A stretch of DNA of 64,000 nt from an uncultured Clostridia bacterium (lineage in GTDB: Bacteria > Bacillota > Clostridia > Christensenellales > UBA1242): NCBI GenBank assembly GCA_934747805.1, contig CAKVHC010000002.1, positions 16,694 to 80,693 on the forward strand, given 5' to 3'. The notes below the pieces were generated by a model. That model made no database searches. It saw only the letters and a program-made list of their open reading frames with translations, and was not told the DNA's origin. Every line of letters starts with the position of its first letter. The first letter of the stretch is position 1. This document shows, piece by piece, positions 1 through 8,796 of the stretch. The position numbers and the translations under genes were made by a program.

Positions 1-83
1 ACGCTGTTCAATCAACAAGCGTAGGCACAACAGCTGATGCTGTTAATACAGCTATGGGTGGTTATGCGACAAATTGGGCATAA
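1..83 (+). CDS. 3-prime end of a TasA/camelysin-like paralog (partial, enters from window start)
   Basis: Open frame ...AVQSTSVGTTADAVNTAMGGYATNWA ends at TAA 81-83. The tail resembles the C-terminal ...VEAVQAAGGAATVADF... of the next gene. Confidence 0.3.
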   Translation, partial: AVQSTSVGTTADAVNTAMGGYATNWA

Positions 84-135
84 AATTTAACAATGCCTAT
101 AAAAAATAAATTAAAAGGAAATATGATAAGCGGAG

Positions 136-708
136 ATGAAAACTAAGAATAAGAGTTTTGTTACATTTGTCATTTGTGGCGCACTCGCACTGCTTGGCGT
201 AATCATTGGTCTGACTAGTGCTTGGTTTACATCAAATGCGTCAGCTAGCGGCACCATTACTACAGGTGTTTTGGACGTTGGCTTTAACAAGACCACTATT
301 TCCGTAGACAATGTGCTTCCAGGACAAACTGTGTTAAACGATTTAAAAATTCAGAATGGAACTAGCACTACAAATATACCTTGCTTTCTCCGTGTCACTA
401 TTACTGCCAAAGTTGGAAGTACAAATTCAAGCGTACTAACTTTTAACACGAGTTCAGGCTGGTTTGAAGATACTGCTGGCAGTGGCGTTTGGTATTATGG
501 TGAAAACTCTACAAAATTGACTACTGTTGCTCCGGGCACTTTGGCTAACGGCATTGCACTTGGCTCAATCAGTGTAGCACAGACAGTTGGAAATACAGCA
601 CAAGGACAAAGCATCACAGTTGGATTCAAAGTAGAAGCTGTTCAAGCAGCTGGTGGCGCTGCGACTGTAGCAGATTTTAAGAAGAAAGTTGGTCAGCAAA
701 CTATTTAA
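136..708 (+). CDS. TasA/CalY/camelysin (peptidase M73)-like secreted protein with SipW-cognate type signal peptide
   Basis: GGAG 5 nt upstream of the ATG. N-terminus KSFVTFVICGALALLGVIIGLTSAWFTSNASASGTITTGVLDV matches the remembered TasA pattern (hydrophobic core, T-x-A-x-F-x-[DSN], then sGtLDl). Confidence 0.6.
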   Translation: MKTKNKSFVTFVICGALALLGVIIGLTSAWFTSNASASGTITTGVLDVGFNKTTISVDNVLPGQTVLNDLKIQNGTSTTNIPCFLRVTITAKVGSTNSSVLTFNTSSGWFEDTAGSGVWYYGENSTKLTTVAPGTLANGIALGSISVAQTVGNTAQGQSITVGFKVEAVQAAGGAATVADFKKKVGQQTI

Positions 709-715
709 TTAAAAC

Positions 716-738
716 AAGACCTGAAAAGGTCTTTTTTT
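716..738 (+). terminator. rho-independent terminator
   Basis: AAGACC-tgaaaa-GGTCTT hairpin followed by a T-run. Confidence 0.6.
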
Positions 739-794
739 ATGCCTTGACAACGGATGAAATTGTGTTACAATATCTGCAATTAGGCAGGGGAGTT

Positions 795-1466
795 ATGGGT
801 CTTATTCAGAAAATGCGAGAAAAGTTGGCAGATATTACTATCGAGCACAGTGCAAGCAAGGAACGTCGTCAGAATGAAAAAGAAAAAAAGTTGGCAACGA
901 AAGAATCTATGCAAGGCTTGTACAAGTTGTGCACAATGGCGACTTGTTTTGGCATTGTTGGTGTGAGAATGGAATGCACTGAAAACGAAATTAGGTTTTG
1001 GGACGCATTTTCAGATCAGCGTGCAAAGTTCAATTTTACCAAGTTGGAAGACGTGGAACAAAGTATGAAAGCAATGACTGATTTTTTGTACGATATGTTT
1101 GTCAATCGTCAAGGATATTTAAGTCTGCCTAGATATGTTTGCGATGCTGATTTGTATCTAAAAATGATTAATCATTTCTATCAGCAATATCGTATGGACA
1201 AAGTCTATCGCAACATTATGGCTGGTGAAAATGGCGTGTTTAACATTAGTGGCAAAACGCAGTTTGTTCGCCACGATGTCGATTATCCATATCAATGGAC
1301 TATGGCAGAAGCGTATCAGCAAGTAGGCACGTTGTTTTCAAAGGCACTTGACGACGACATGACGAAAATATCCAAGAAAGACTACACCGCATGGATTGAT
1401 AAACTGCATAAACAAAACAAAGCAATTTTTGAGAAATATCACGGATACGAAAGTCCGATATTGTAG
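795..1466 (+). CDS. hypothetical protein
   Basis: Long ORF. ATG 795 is preceded by GGGGAG; the ORF-track start at 744 is a TTG inside the upstream terminator tail. No motif recognised. Confidence 0.5.
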   Translation: MGLIQKMREKLADITIEHSASKERRQNEKEKKLATKESMQGLYKLCTMATCFGIVGVRMECTENEIRFWDAFSDQRAKFNFTKLEDVEQSMKAMTDFLYDMFVNRQGYLSLPRYVCDADLYLKMINHFYQQYRMDKVYRNIMAGENGVFNISGKTQFVRHDVDYPYQWTMAEAYQQVGTLFSKALDDDMTKISKKDYTAWIDKLHKQNKAIFEKYHGYESPIL

Positions 1467-1512
1467 TTAATCGCCAATGGCTTTGAGGATTAAAAACAAA
1501 ATTTTTGATTAC

Positions 1513-1540
1513 AAAAAAACGGACACAAGTCCGTTTTTAT
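1513..1540. terminator. bidirectional rho-independent terminator between convergent genes
   Basis: AAACGGAC-acaa-GTCCGTTT, flanked by an A-run and a T-run. Confidence 0.65.
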
Positions 1541-1577
1541 TTGACTAATAATTGCATTAATCCAATCACCGTTTAAC

Positions 1578-2021
1578 TTATTCTGCATTGACGGCAAGGT
1601 TAATGTTGGTGCTGACTTCTTTGCAGAATTTGATAGTGACCTTGTACATTCCCACCGATTTGATTGGGTCGAAATCTAGAATCTGATTTTTGTCAAGTTT
1701 GATATTTTGCTGGCCAAGTTTAGCAACGACTTCGTTTTTAGTGATTGAGCCGAATGTCTTTCCAGTATTGCCAACTTTGATTGTGAAATTGAGCGTCATA
1801 TCTTTGATTTGGTCGGCAAGCTTCTGATAATCTGCCACCATTACACTGTGGTGATATGCCTGTGCAACTTTCTCATTCTTGTTGCGATTGAGTGCATCGC
1901 CCTGTGCCAGTGTGGCAATGCCCTGCGGAATGAGATAGTTGTTGGCATAACCGCCGTTGACTTCTACAATGTCACCTTTCTTGCCTTTGCCTTTAAGGTC
2001 TTTGAGTAAAATTACTTTCAT
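1578..2021 (-). CDS. rplI: 50S ribosomal protein L9
   Basis: [36 protein letters not shown]... is the canonical L9 N-terminus. Length is 147 aa. Confidence 0.93.
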   Translation of the reverse strand: MKVILLKDLKGKGKKGDIVEVNGGYANNYLIPQGIATLAQGDALNRNKNEKVAQAYHHSVMVADYQKLADQIKDMTLNFTIKVGNTGKTFGSITKNEVVAKLGQQNIKLDKNQILDFDPIKSVGMYKVTIKFCKEVSTNINLAVNAE

Positions 2022-2121
2022 TTTCCACCTCGTTTGCTTGAATTATACCTATTTTGCCGCAAGTTGTCAAACAATGCGTTTGGATTTGTCGCAACTGGAT
2101 AAACTATTTTGGGAGAATATT

Positions 2122-2433
2122 ATGGACGTTGTATGTAGAAAACAAAAATGTCAGTTTAACGATTGCACCAAATGTCAGCGTAAAAACCTTGACGTCAGTG
2201 CGGATGCGGTGTGCGAAAATATGGTGATTGACAAAAACAAGCCTGTGGCGGACATATCTAAGGATATGTTTGAGCAAGCCCCTAAAATTGCCCCATTCCG
2301 TCATTGCCTAACTATGAACATCAAGTGCCAAGCGGACTGCATTCACAACCGTGACGGCGAATGCTGGAGCAATGGCATTATCGTCAACTCGGTGGGCAAA
2401 GGAAACGAGTGCATTTCTTATGTGAAGAGATAA
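2122..2433 (+). CDS. Cys-rich DUF1540-like protein
   Basis: GGGAG RBS 7 nt upstream of ATG 2122. Two Cys-rich modules, e.g. IKCQADCIHNRDGECWSNGIIVNSVGKGNECISY, fit the remembered DUF1540 pattern C-x3-C-x2-N-...-C-...-I-x-V-...-C-x-[FY]. The ORF-track start at 1957 overlaps rplI and is rejected. Confidence 0.5.
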   Translation: MDVVCRKQKCQFNDCTKCQRKNLDVSADAVCENMVIDKNKPVADISKDMFEQAPKIAPFRHCLTMNIKCQADCIHNRDGECWSNGIIVNSVGKGNECISYVKR

Positions 2434-2500
2434 TTAACTGCTCTTAGCATCGTCTTAAAAGCGGTTATATTTTCACCAGATTTTCACAATGAGAAGAAAC

Positions 2501-2527
2501 AAAAAAGCAGTGTTCACTGCTTTTTTT
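2501..2527. terminator. bidirectional terminator
   Basis: AAAAAAGCAGTG-tt-CACTGCTTTTTTT palindrome between convergent genes. Confidence 0.6.
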
Positions 2528-3050
2528 AGTGAATGTTGTTATAAGCCTGCATTGCTTTCTTAATAGCTTTTTTCGCATAGCTGGCGGAATGGAATTTGGT
2601 GATTTCTGTATGCTTGTTTTCAAGTTGTTTGTACACTGTCAAGAAATGCATAAGTTCTTCCACAATGTGTGGTGGCATGTCTTTGACGTCCTTGTAGCCT
2701 GAGTATGTTGGGTCGCCAACTGGCACGCTGATAATCTTGGTGTCAATTTGGTTCTGGTCGACCATGTCAATCGCACCGATTGGCACAACGTCCACTAAAC
2801 TCATAGGCAAAATTTGTTCACTGCAATACACAAACACGTCAAGCGGGTCGCCGTCCTCACTCAGTGTGCGTGGCACAAAACCGTAGTTGGCAGGGTAGTG
2901 CGTGCTGGTGTACAAAATGCGGTCAAGTCTTAGCATTCCTGTTTCCTTGTCCAGTTCGTATTTGTTTTTGCTGTTTTTACTGATTTCAATCACCGCAACG
3001 AACTTGTCTGGCATGATTCTCTTAGGTGAAATATCGTGTAGAATATTCAT
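2526..3050 (-). CDS. ppa: family I inorganic pyrophosphatase
   Basis: NKYELDKETGMLRLDRILYTSTHYPANYGFVPRTLSEDGDPLDVFV is the typical soluble PPase core. Length is 174 aa. Confidence 0.92.
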   Translation of the reverse strand: MNILHDISPKRIMPDKFVAVIEISKNSKNKYELDKETGMLRLDRILYTSTHYPANYGFVPRTLSEDGDPLDVFVYCSEQILPMSLVDVVPIGAIDMVDQNQIDTKIISVPVGDPTYSGYKDVKDMPPHIVEELMHFLTVYKQLENKHTEITKFHSASYAKKAIKKAMQAYNNIH

Positions 3051-3175
3051 AATTTTTCCTTTTATGTCTTGATTGTTGTCTGTTTGCAGTTAAAGTATAA
3101 CACACAAAATTTGGCTCTAGCAAACATTTTGCGTTCATTTTTCTAAAAATTGCCCACTAATTTTGGCAATAATGG

Positions 3176-3204
3176 TTGACAATTAGCATCCAGTTTGGTA
3201 ATAT
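3176..3204 (+). promoter_or_regulatory. sigma-A type promoter for tRNA-Ser
   Basis: TTGACA (3176-3181), 17-nt spacer, TAATAT (3199-3204). Implies a leader of about 70 nt before the tRNA. Confidence 0.55.
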
Positions 3205-3280
3205 GGAATAGTCAGCATAAGAGAAACAAGGGCTAATGTGCTTCGGGATACTCCCTTAGCAGTGTCGCCTAACTAAATAT

Positions 3281-3371
3281 GGAGAAGTACTCAAGAGGTC
3301 GAAGAGGCTCCCCTGCTAAGGGAGTAGGCTTGTAACAGGGCGCGAGGGTCCGAATCCCTCCTTCTCCGCCA
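3281..3371 (+). tRNA. tRNA-Ser(GCU), class II with long variable arm and encoded CCA
   Basis: Acceptor GGAGAAG/CTTCTCC. Anticodon arm CTCCC-CTGCTAA-GGGAG gives anticodon GCT. T-arm is GAGGG-TCCGAAT-CCCTC, then G-CCA. Confidence 0.9.
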
Positions 3372-3405
3372 AAAATTGCATTCATATTTTGAATGCAATT
3401 TTTAT
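3372..3405 (+). terminator. rho-independent terminator after tRNA-Ser
   Basis: AAATTGCATTCA-tatt-TTGAATGCAATTT stem of about 12 bp followed by a T-run. Confidence 0.75.
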
Positions 3406-3462
3406 TTTTAATTGATTTTATTTTGACATTAGTTTATAATATTTACAAATCAAGGAGAATTT

Positions 3463-4026
3463 ATGAAGAGTTTAACCAAGGTGCAGAAGATTGCAAGAGT
3501 GTTGTATATTCTTTCACGCATTGCGTTTTGGTTCTGCATTGTGGGTTGCGCAATGTGTGTTTGCGGGGCAATCTGCGTAGGTGTTTTGGGTGACGACCCA
3601 GAAATCATTCAACTATTTGCCGAAGAAGGCATTGTCTACAGTGCGAAAGAAACATTGTGTCTGTGCATCATTTCCAGTGTTGAGTGTGCTGTGGGCATTG
3701 CAATGTTTGTGTTTGTCAAAAAGTTTTATAAAAAAGAACTCGAGGTCGGCACACCATTCAACAAGCAAGTTGCAAAAGAAGCAAAGCGTGTGGGGCTTAT
3801 CCGCTTGTTCTTGCCACTAGGTGCGATAATAGTGAATGCGATTATTGTTGAGTGCTTTCATCTTAAATTGGACGTTTCAAACTTTTTGGACATATCGATT
3901 GGAATTGTCTACCTAATTTTAGCGTGCGTGTTTGACTATGGTGCGGACGTAATCAATGTTAAGGTTGCACAATCGAAAGCCAACTTGCAGACAGAAACGG
4001 TGGTTGATGTGGAAAGTGACAAATAG
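3463..4026 (+). CDS. hypothetical multi-pass membrane protein
   Basis: AGGAG RBS. Several hydrophobic helices. No motif recognised. Confidence 0.55.
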   Translation: MKSLTKVQKIARVLYILSRIAFWFCIVGCAMCVCGAICVGVLGDDPEIIQLFAEEGIVYSAKETLCLCIISSVECAVGIAMFVFVKKFYKKELEVGTPFNKQVAKEAKRVGLIRLFLPLGAIIVNAIIVECFHLKLDVSNFLDISIGIVYLILACVFDYGADVINVKVAQSKANLQTETVVDVESDK

Positions 4027-4033
4027 GTGAACT

Positions 4034-4353
4034 ATGAGAATCTCATCAAAAGGTCGATATGCCGTGCGACTCATGGCAGAGCTGGCTCGCAGGGAAGGTG
4101 AAAACGTGTCTGTGACAGATATCGCCAACGTGCAGGACATAAGTGCAAAATATTTGGAAAAAATCATTTCAATTCTATCTAAAAAACGGCTTGATAGAGA
4201 GCAGCCGTGGAGTGAAAGGTGGCTATTGGGCTAAAACACGAAATCGCACACGGAAGTCTACGTTTAACACTTAGCAGATACACAACAGAAAAAGAAATCA
4301 ACGAAACAGTGAAGTCTGCTATCGAAGATTATTACGACAAAAAGCAAAAATAA
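4034..4353 (+). pseudogene. deletion scar: Rrf2-family (IscR/CymR-like) regulator N-terminus fused to the last ~38 codons of a NifS/IscS-type cysteine desulfurase
   Basis: Frame A (4034-4186) reads MRISSKGRYAVRLMAELARREGENVSVTDIANVQDISAKYLEKIISILSK. An A6 run at 4181-4186 breaks the frame. Frame B (4188-4236) reads GLIESSRGVKGGYWAKT. Frame C (4237-4353) reads HEIAHGSLRLTLSRYTTEKEINETVKSAIEDYYDKKQK*, a typical desulfurase C-terminus. Confidence 0.75.
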
Positions 4354-4426
4354 TTAGATAAAATTGGTAAAATTTGCATTGTATAATTGTGTAACTGTGA
4401 TATAATATAAGTGTCAGGATAATATT

Positions 4427-5449
4427 ATGTCTTTTTGGGAAATGCTTTTGGATGCGTTTATAGATAGCGCAAAAATATTGCCAGTTTTATTGGCAGTATA
4501 TTTTTTGATTGAGTTTTTGGAATATCGTAACGCATTCAGTTTCGCCAAATCCAAATTTTTGAAAGGCAAATACAGTCCAATCTTTGGCTCACTGTTTGGC
4601 TGTATACCACAATGTGGTTTTAGTGTCATTTCTAGCGACCTGTACACCAAAGGTAAAATGTCTATCGGAGCATTGTTAGCGGTGTTCATCGCCACGAGCG
4701 ACGAAGCCATTCCGATTATGCTTTCGAGCAAAAATGGGATAGAGCCATTGTTACTCATTATCGGCATAAAGTTGGTTTACGCTATCGCAATCGGCTATCT
4801 ATCAGTTGCATTGTATCGACTGATATTCAAAAAATCTGCCATACAAAATAGAGTTGATAGCGACAAGCAAACTAGCGACATCGCTCAAAAGAATGAAAAT
4901 CAGATTGCAACGAACGTATCCGACGCAAGTGTTCAACCGGCTGTGACAGAAGTTGCAAACCAAGAATATGCAACCACCGATCATGACGAACACGATCATG
5001 AACATGAGGATATTGTGGAGCCAGACGGCTGCTGCAAACATCATATTGAATCAAAACATTTTGACGTTGTGCATCCACTTGTGCACAGTTTGAAGATATT
5101 TGCCTTTATATTGCTCGCTAATGTGGTTATAGGTGCACTCACTTTGTGGGTGGGAGAAGACAAACTTACAAATGCATTGTCGTCAACATATGTGTTTCAG
5201 CCAATTGTGGCAGTGCTGATTGGACTCATTCCAAACTGCGTTTCGAGTGTAGTTCTCACTAAGCTATTTTTGGCTGGTGGAATGAGTTTTGGCTCTGTGG
5301 TGGCAGGTCTTTGTGTAAACGCAGGTCTTGGACTGTTAGTTTTGTTCAAGCAAAACAAAAATTGGAAAGAAAATCTGTTTATCACGCTCACACTTTTGCT
5401 GTCAGGTCTGGCAATAGGCTACGCACTTCATTTTATCCCAATATTTTAA
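4427..5449 (+). CDS. ArsP_2-type putative 10-TM heavy-metal/metalloid exporter
   Basis: Two homologous halves carry GCIPQCGFSV and LIPNCVSSVV motifs. The central loop is His/Asp/Glu-rich (TTDHDEHDHEHEDIVEPDGCCKHH). Confidence 0.6.
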   Translation: MSFWEMLLDAFIDSAKILPVLLAVYFLIEFLEYRNAFSFAKSKFLKGKYSPIFGSLFGCIPQCGFSVISSDLYTKGKMSIGALLAVFIATSDEAIPIMLSSKNGIEPLLLIIGIKLVYAIAIGYLSVALYRLIFKKSAIQNRVDSDKQTSDIAQKNENQIATNVSDASVQPAVTEVANQEYATTDHDEHDHEHEDIVEPDGCCKHHIESKHFDVVHPLVHSLKIFAFILLANVVIGALTLWVGEDKLTNALSSTYVFQPIVAVLIGLIPNCVSSVVLTKLFLAGGMSFGSVVAGLCVNAGLGLLVLFKQNKNWKENLFITLTLLLSGLAIGYALHFIPIF

Positions 5450-5451
5450 AA

Positions 5452-5484
5452 AACACTATACTTATTCGCATAGTGTTTTTTATT
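5452..5484 (+). terminator. rho-independent terminator
   Basis: AACACTAT-acttattcgc-ATAGTGTT followed by a T-run. Confidence 0.65.
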
Positions 5485-5653
5485 AAAAATCAAAGAGATC
5501 GTCAAGAGTTATATTCAGTGCTTCGGTTAATTTTTTGATAGTTATGACATCAGGCTCAGTGCCGAAAAATAAATCTTTCATATTTGACGATTCGTTCTAC
5601 CTATTCATAACGAAAAAGGGAAGTCTATTGGTTGCACTAAGAGTCAACGACAT
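5483..5653 (-). pseudogene. frameshifted small XRE (Cro/C1-type HTH) gene remnant
   Basis: Three frames carry consecutive HTH pieces: MSLTLSATNRLPFFVMNR*, then ..ERIVKYER.., then MKDLFFGTEPDVITIKKLTEALNITLDDLFDF*. The last is a classic XRE C-terminal helix. Confidence 0.45.
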
Positions 5654-5680
5654 TGAATATTTTAAATAATAAAATTTCTG

Positions 5681-6187
5681 CTACATAATTCTACATAGCC
5701 AGCAGGACATTACGCACGCCACGATGCTGCAGAGTAGGGCAATTGGAATTGCCAGCAGGGTCTTTTTCACGTTTGTGCCACTGAAATATATACTCACCAC
5801 ATAAAACACGGTGTCGCTTCCGCCCATAATGACGCAGGCGCAACGACTGATGTAACTATCCACGCCATATTGCGCAAAAATATTTTTGAGCATGACGATT
5901 GAGGCGTTGCCACTGAACGGACGAATGAGAATAAACTCGCTAAGTTCAATTGGAATGCCCAAAAGGTTGAAGACTGGTGCTAAAACTTTTCCGACCAAAT
6001 TTGCTAGTCCGCTCAAACGAAAAAGCTCTATGGCAACGAACATCGCCACGAGATAAGGAAATATTGAGAGTATAAGAGGTGCACTTGCTTTTGCACCTTG
6101 CACGAATGATTGATATGGGTCAACACGTCTTGTTTTGGCGTATACAATAAGGCCGACAATTAAAATTGGAATAAGAAGGTTAACCAT
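5681..6187 (-). CDS. spmB: spore maturation protein B-like nucleoside-recognition (Gate) membrane protein
   Basis: Membrane protein directly after spmA with an ATGGTTAA start/stop overlap. The start is taken at MVNLLIPIL. Confidence 0.65.
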   Translation of the reverse strand: MVNLLIPILIVGLIVYAKTRRVDPYQSFVQGAKASAPLILSIFPYLVAMFVAIELFRLSGLANLVGKVLAPVFNLLGIPIELSEFILIRPFSGNASIVMLKNIFAQYGVDSYISRCACVIMGGSDTVFYVVSIYFSGTNVKKTLLAIPIALLCSIVACVMSCWLCRIM

Positions 6188-6752
6188 TGTGAACCTTCTT
6201 TTTTCTAACATATATTGCACGAACTAGAAGCACGCCGATAATTGTTGGAATGATTGTTACAATAATGCTGGGCAACACGATATTTGACGGCGCCACACTG
6301 CCAGCCATTGCACGCAAACCGATTACGGTGGTGGGCAACAGTTGGATGCCGGTCGAGTTGATGACAACGAGCATAATCATTGCACCATTTGCTTTTATTG
6401 CGCCCGTGTCCAAACTCTTCATAGCTTTGATGCCATAAGGCGTGGCAGCTCCGCCCAGTCCAAGTAAGTTGCTGGCAATGTTAAGGCTGATATTCTGTTT
6501 TGCTTCCATATTGATTGCACCAAAACAAAAATCAATAGGTTTGTTCAGACCTTTTGATAGTAGGCGAGTGAGTTGAGTTTGTTCCATAATTTGCATAACG
6601 CCAAGCCACACGGCGTAGATCGCCATAAGTTCCAAACATAGCGAAATGGCGTTCTGACTGGCAGACATCATCACACTGACAATTTTATCAGGTGCGCTGA
6701 AACAGAGCATAATAATGCTCGCAACCACCATAAGACACCACATAATACTCAT
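6180..6752 (-). CDS. spmA: spore maturation protein A-like nucleoside-recognition membrane protein
   Basis: About 190-aa polytopic protein containing ...LLGLGGAATPYGIKAM.... Paired with spmB as in Bacillota. Confidence 0.65.
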   Translation of the reverse strand: MSIMWCLMVVASIIMLCFSAPDKIVSVMMSASQNAISLCLELMAIYAVWLGVMQIMEQTQLTRLLSKGLNKPIDFCFGAINMEAKQNISLNIASNLLGLGGAATPYGIKAMKSLDTGAIKANGAMIMLVVINSTGIQLLPTTVIGLRAMAGSVAPSNIVLPSIIVTIIPTIIGVLLVRAIYVRKKKVHNG

Positions 6753-6827
6753 ACTAAAATATATGGATGAGTCGAGTTAATTATGTCTATGATTGACTTA
6801 TCTAAGTGTAAGGTGTATTATGTAGTT

Positions 6828-7589
6828 ATGTTTGATACACATGCACATTTAACTGACGAAAAATTTGATGCCGACCGCAACGAAATGTATGTACGCTTTT
6901 TGGCATGCCCAAACCCTATGGCAGTGGTCATAGGCTGCGATATGGACGAAATTGATGAAGCGATAGATTTTGCGAGAGCACACGACGAACTTCATTATGC
7001 CATTGGCATTCATCCGTCGTATATAGATAAGTTCAATGAACAAGATTTTTTGAAGAAAGTGGACATTCATGACCCCAAACTCGTTGCCATAGGGGAAATA
7101 GGTTTGGACTATTATGAAGGGAATCCAGACAGAGAATCGCAGATAAAAGCATTCGATACTCAGATCAAAATTGCCAAGAGATTGGGGTTGCCTTTTTGTG
7201 TGCATTGCCGTGATGCTTATGGAGATTGTTTGCAGGTGCTTAAAGCGAACGCTCCGTATGAGCATGGTGGAATTATGCATTGTTACAGTGGCAGTGCCGA
7301 GTGGGCGAGTGAAGTGATTAAAATGGGGTTTTACATTTCATTCAGTGGCAACGTTACATTCAAAAACGCTAGCAGACTGCGTGAAGTGGCGAAGACCATT
7401 CCGTTAGACAGAATTCTTACCGAGACCGATTGCCCATATCTAGCGCCGGAAGGCAAACGTGGGAGTCGCAATGAACCTGCAAACGTTCAGTTCGTGATTG
7501 ATTGCCTTGCCAAATTGCACAACGTCAGTTATGAAGAAATGTTGCACATTACAGATGAGAATGGCAAACGTGCTTACAACATTCATTAA
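6828..7589 (+). CDS. tatD: TatD-family metal-dependent hydrolase (YabD-like)
   Basis: MFDTHAHL, GEIGLDY, FCVHCRDA and TETDCPYLAP motifs. An alternative in-frame ATG lies at 6783. Confidence 0.88.
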   Translation: MFDTHAHLTDEKFDADRNEMYVRFLACPNPMAVVIGCDMDEIDEAIDFARAHDELHYAIGIHPSYIDKFNEQDFLKKVDIHDPKLVAIGEIGLDYYEGNPDRESQIKAFDTQIKIAKRLGLPFCVHCRDAYGDCLQVLKANAPYEHGGIMHCYSGSAEWASEVIKMGFYISFSGNVTFKNASRLREVAKTIPLDRILTETDCPYLAPEGKRGSRNEPANVQFVIDCLAKLHNVSYEEMLHITDENGKRAYNIH

Positions 7590-7598
7590 CAAAAAAAT

Positions 7599-7619
7599 AA
7601 ACGCTCGTTAAGAGCGTTT
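7599..7619 (+). terminator. terminator-like hairpin after tatD
   Basis: AAACGCTC-gttaa-GAGCGTTT. The T-run is short. Confidence 0.45.
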
Positions 7620-7752
7620 CATCATTAGTATTGCTTTTGTGTTTTAAAGGGTTTATCTTTAGTACACTTGCATTATAGCATACGAAAAAAAATAATCAAT
7701 AGTTTTTTGACAAATTTTGTTGGAAAAAATTGTAAAAACGAGAAATAAAATT

Positions 7753-8580
7753 ATGAGAGAGAAAATTAAACTTAACAACAAAGATTTTTACTTTAATAAA
7801 GGCTATGGTCAAAATTTTATTTTTGACGAAAATTTGCTTAATGAAATTGTCAACGATGCCGCCATTTCTGATTGCGACGAAATATTGGAAATTGGTGCAG
7901 GTGCTGGAAGTCTTACACAAGTTCTTTGCCGTCGTGCAAAAAAAGTTGTATCATTTGAGATTGATCAAAATCTTTTTAGCCACCTAACTAAATTGCAAAA
8001 CGAAAATGAAAATTTAACAATGGTGTTCGCCGACTTTATGTCAAAGTCGAATGAAGAAATTTTTTCTCATTTCACTGGCAAAATAAAAGTTGTTGCGAAC
8101 ATTCCATATTACATCACCACGCCTATCATATTTAAACTTTTGGAAAGCATTGATAAGATTGATTCAATTACTATCATGGTGCAAAAAGAAGTGGCTGAAA
8201 GGATATCTTCCGTTCACTCGCAAGACAATTCAGTTTTGACCTACACTATTAACGCTGTTTGCGATTGCAAAATTAGTCGTGTCGTCCGCCGTGAAATGTT
8301 TACTCCGCCACCTAAAGTTGACAGTGCAATTTTGATACTCACTCCACACCACAATAAGTACAAAATTAACAACTTTGATGCTTTCAACAATCTCGTCAAA
8401 CAGGCGTTCACTTCTCGCAGAAAAACTTTGTCCAATAATCTTATCGGATATAATGGTCTAGATAAAATACAAATAGAAAATATTTTAATTGATTTATTTA
8501 ATAATAAATTAATTCGTGCTCAAGAATTAGATGTGGAAGATTATTTAAAATTATTAAAAAAATTAGAAAATAAAGCGTAA
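7753..8580 (+). CDS. rsmA: 16S rRNA (adenine1518/1519-N6)-dimethyltransferase
   Basis: GQNFIFDENLL, EIGAGAGSLTQ (SAM-binding site) and NIPYYITTPI motifs. Confidence 0.9.
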   Translation: MREKIKLNNKDFYFNKGYGQNFIFDENLLNEIVNDAAISDCDEILEIGAGAGSLTQVLCRRAKKVVSFEIDQNLFSHLTKLQNENENLTMVFADFMSKSNEEIFSHFTGKIKVVANIPYYITTPIIFKLLESIDKIDSITIMVQKEVAERISSVHSQDNSVLTYTINAVCDCKISRVVRREMFTPPPKVDSAILILTPHHNKYKINNFDAFNNLVKQAFTSRRKTLSNNLIGYNGLDKIQIENILIDLFNNKLIRAQELDVEDYLKLLKKLENKA

Positions 8581-8644
8581 AAACTTTATTTTTTTATTAT
8601 TTTTGCAGCAAATTATTTATTTTTTTAATTATTTATATTGTGCC

Positions 8645-8674
8645 ACATTTAATTTAAACAAAAAAATTAAATGT
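8645..8674. repeat. perfect 11-bp inverted repeat (hairpin) in an extremely AT-rich spacer
   Basis: ACATTTAATTT (8645-8655) and AAATTAAATGT (8664-8674), with an 8-nt loop. Confidence 0.6.
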
Positions 8675-8796
8675 AAAAATTAATTATTTAATTATTTTTT
8701 TTTAATTATTATTTGGCGGAAAAAAATAATTTTTTTAACATTTTTATTTTGCAAGAAATGGGCACTCAAATATGGTAAAATTAATTAAACAAATGT

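Noticed and set aside
4034-4234. The 66-aa ORF as an intact small Rrf2 regulator
   Set aside because: It ends in out-of-frame junk (…KKRLDREQPWSERWLLG), while the true Rrf2 continuation is readable in the +1 frame. Treated as a pseudogene.
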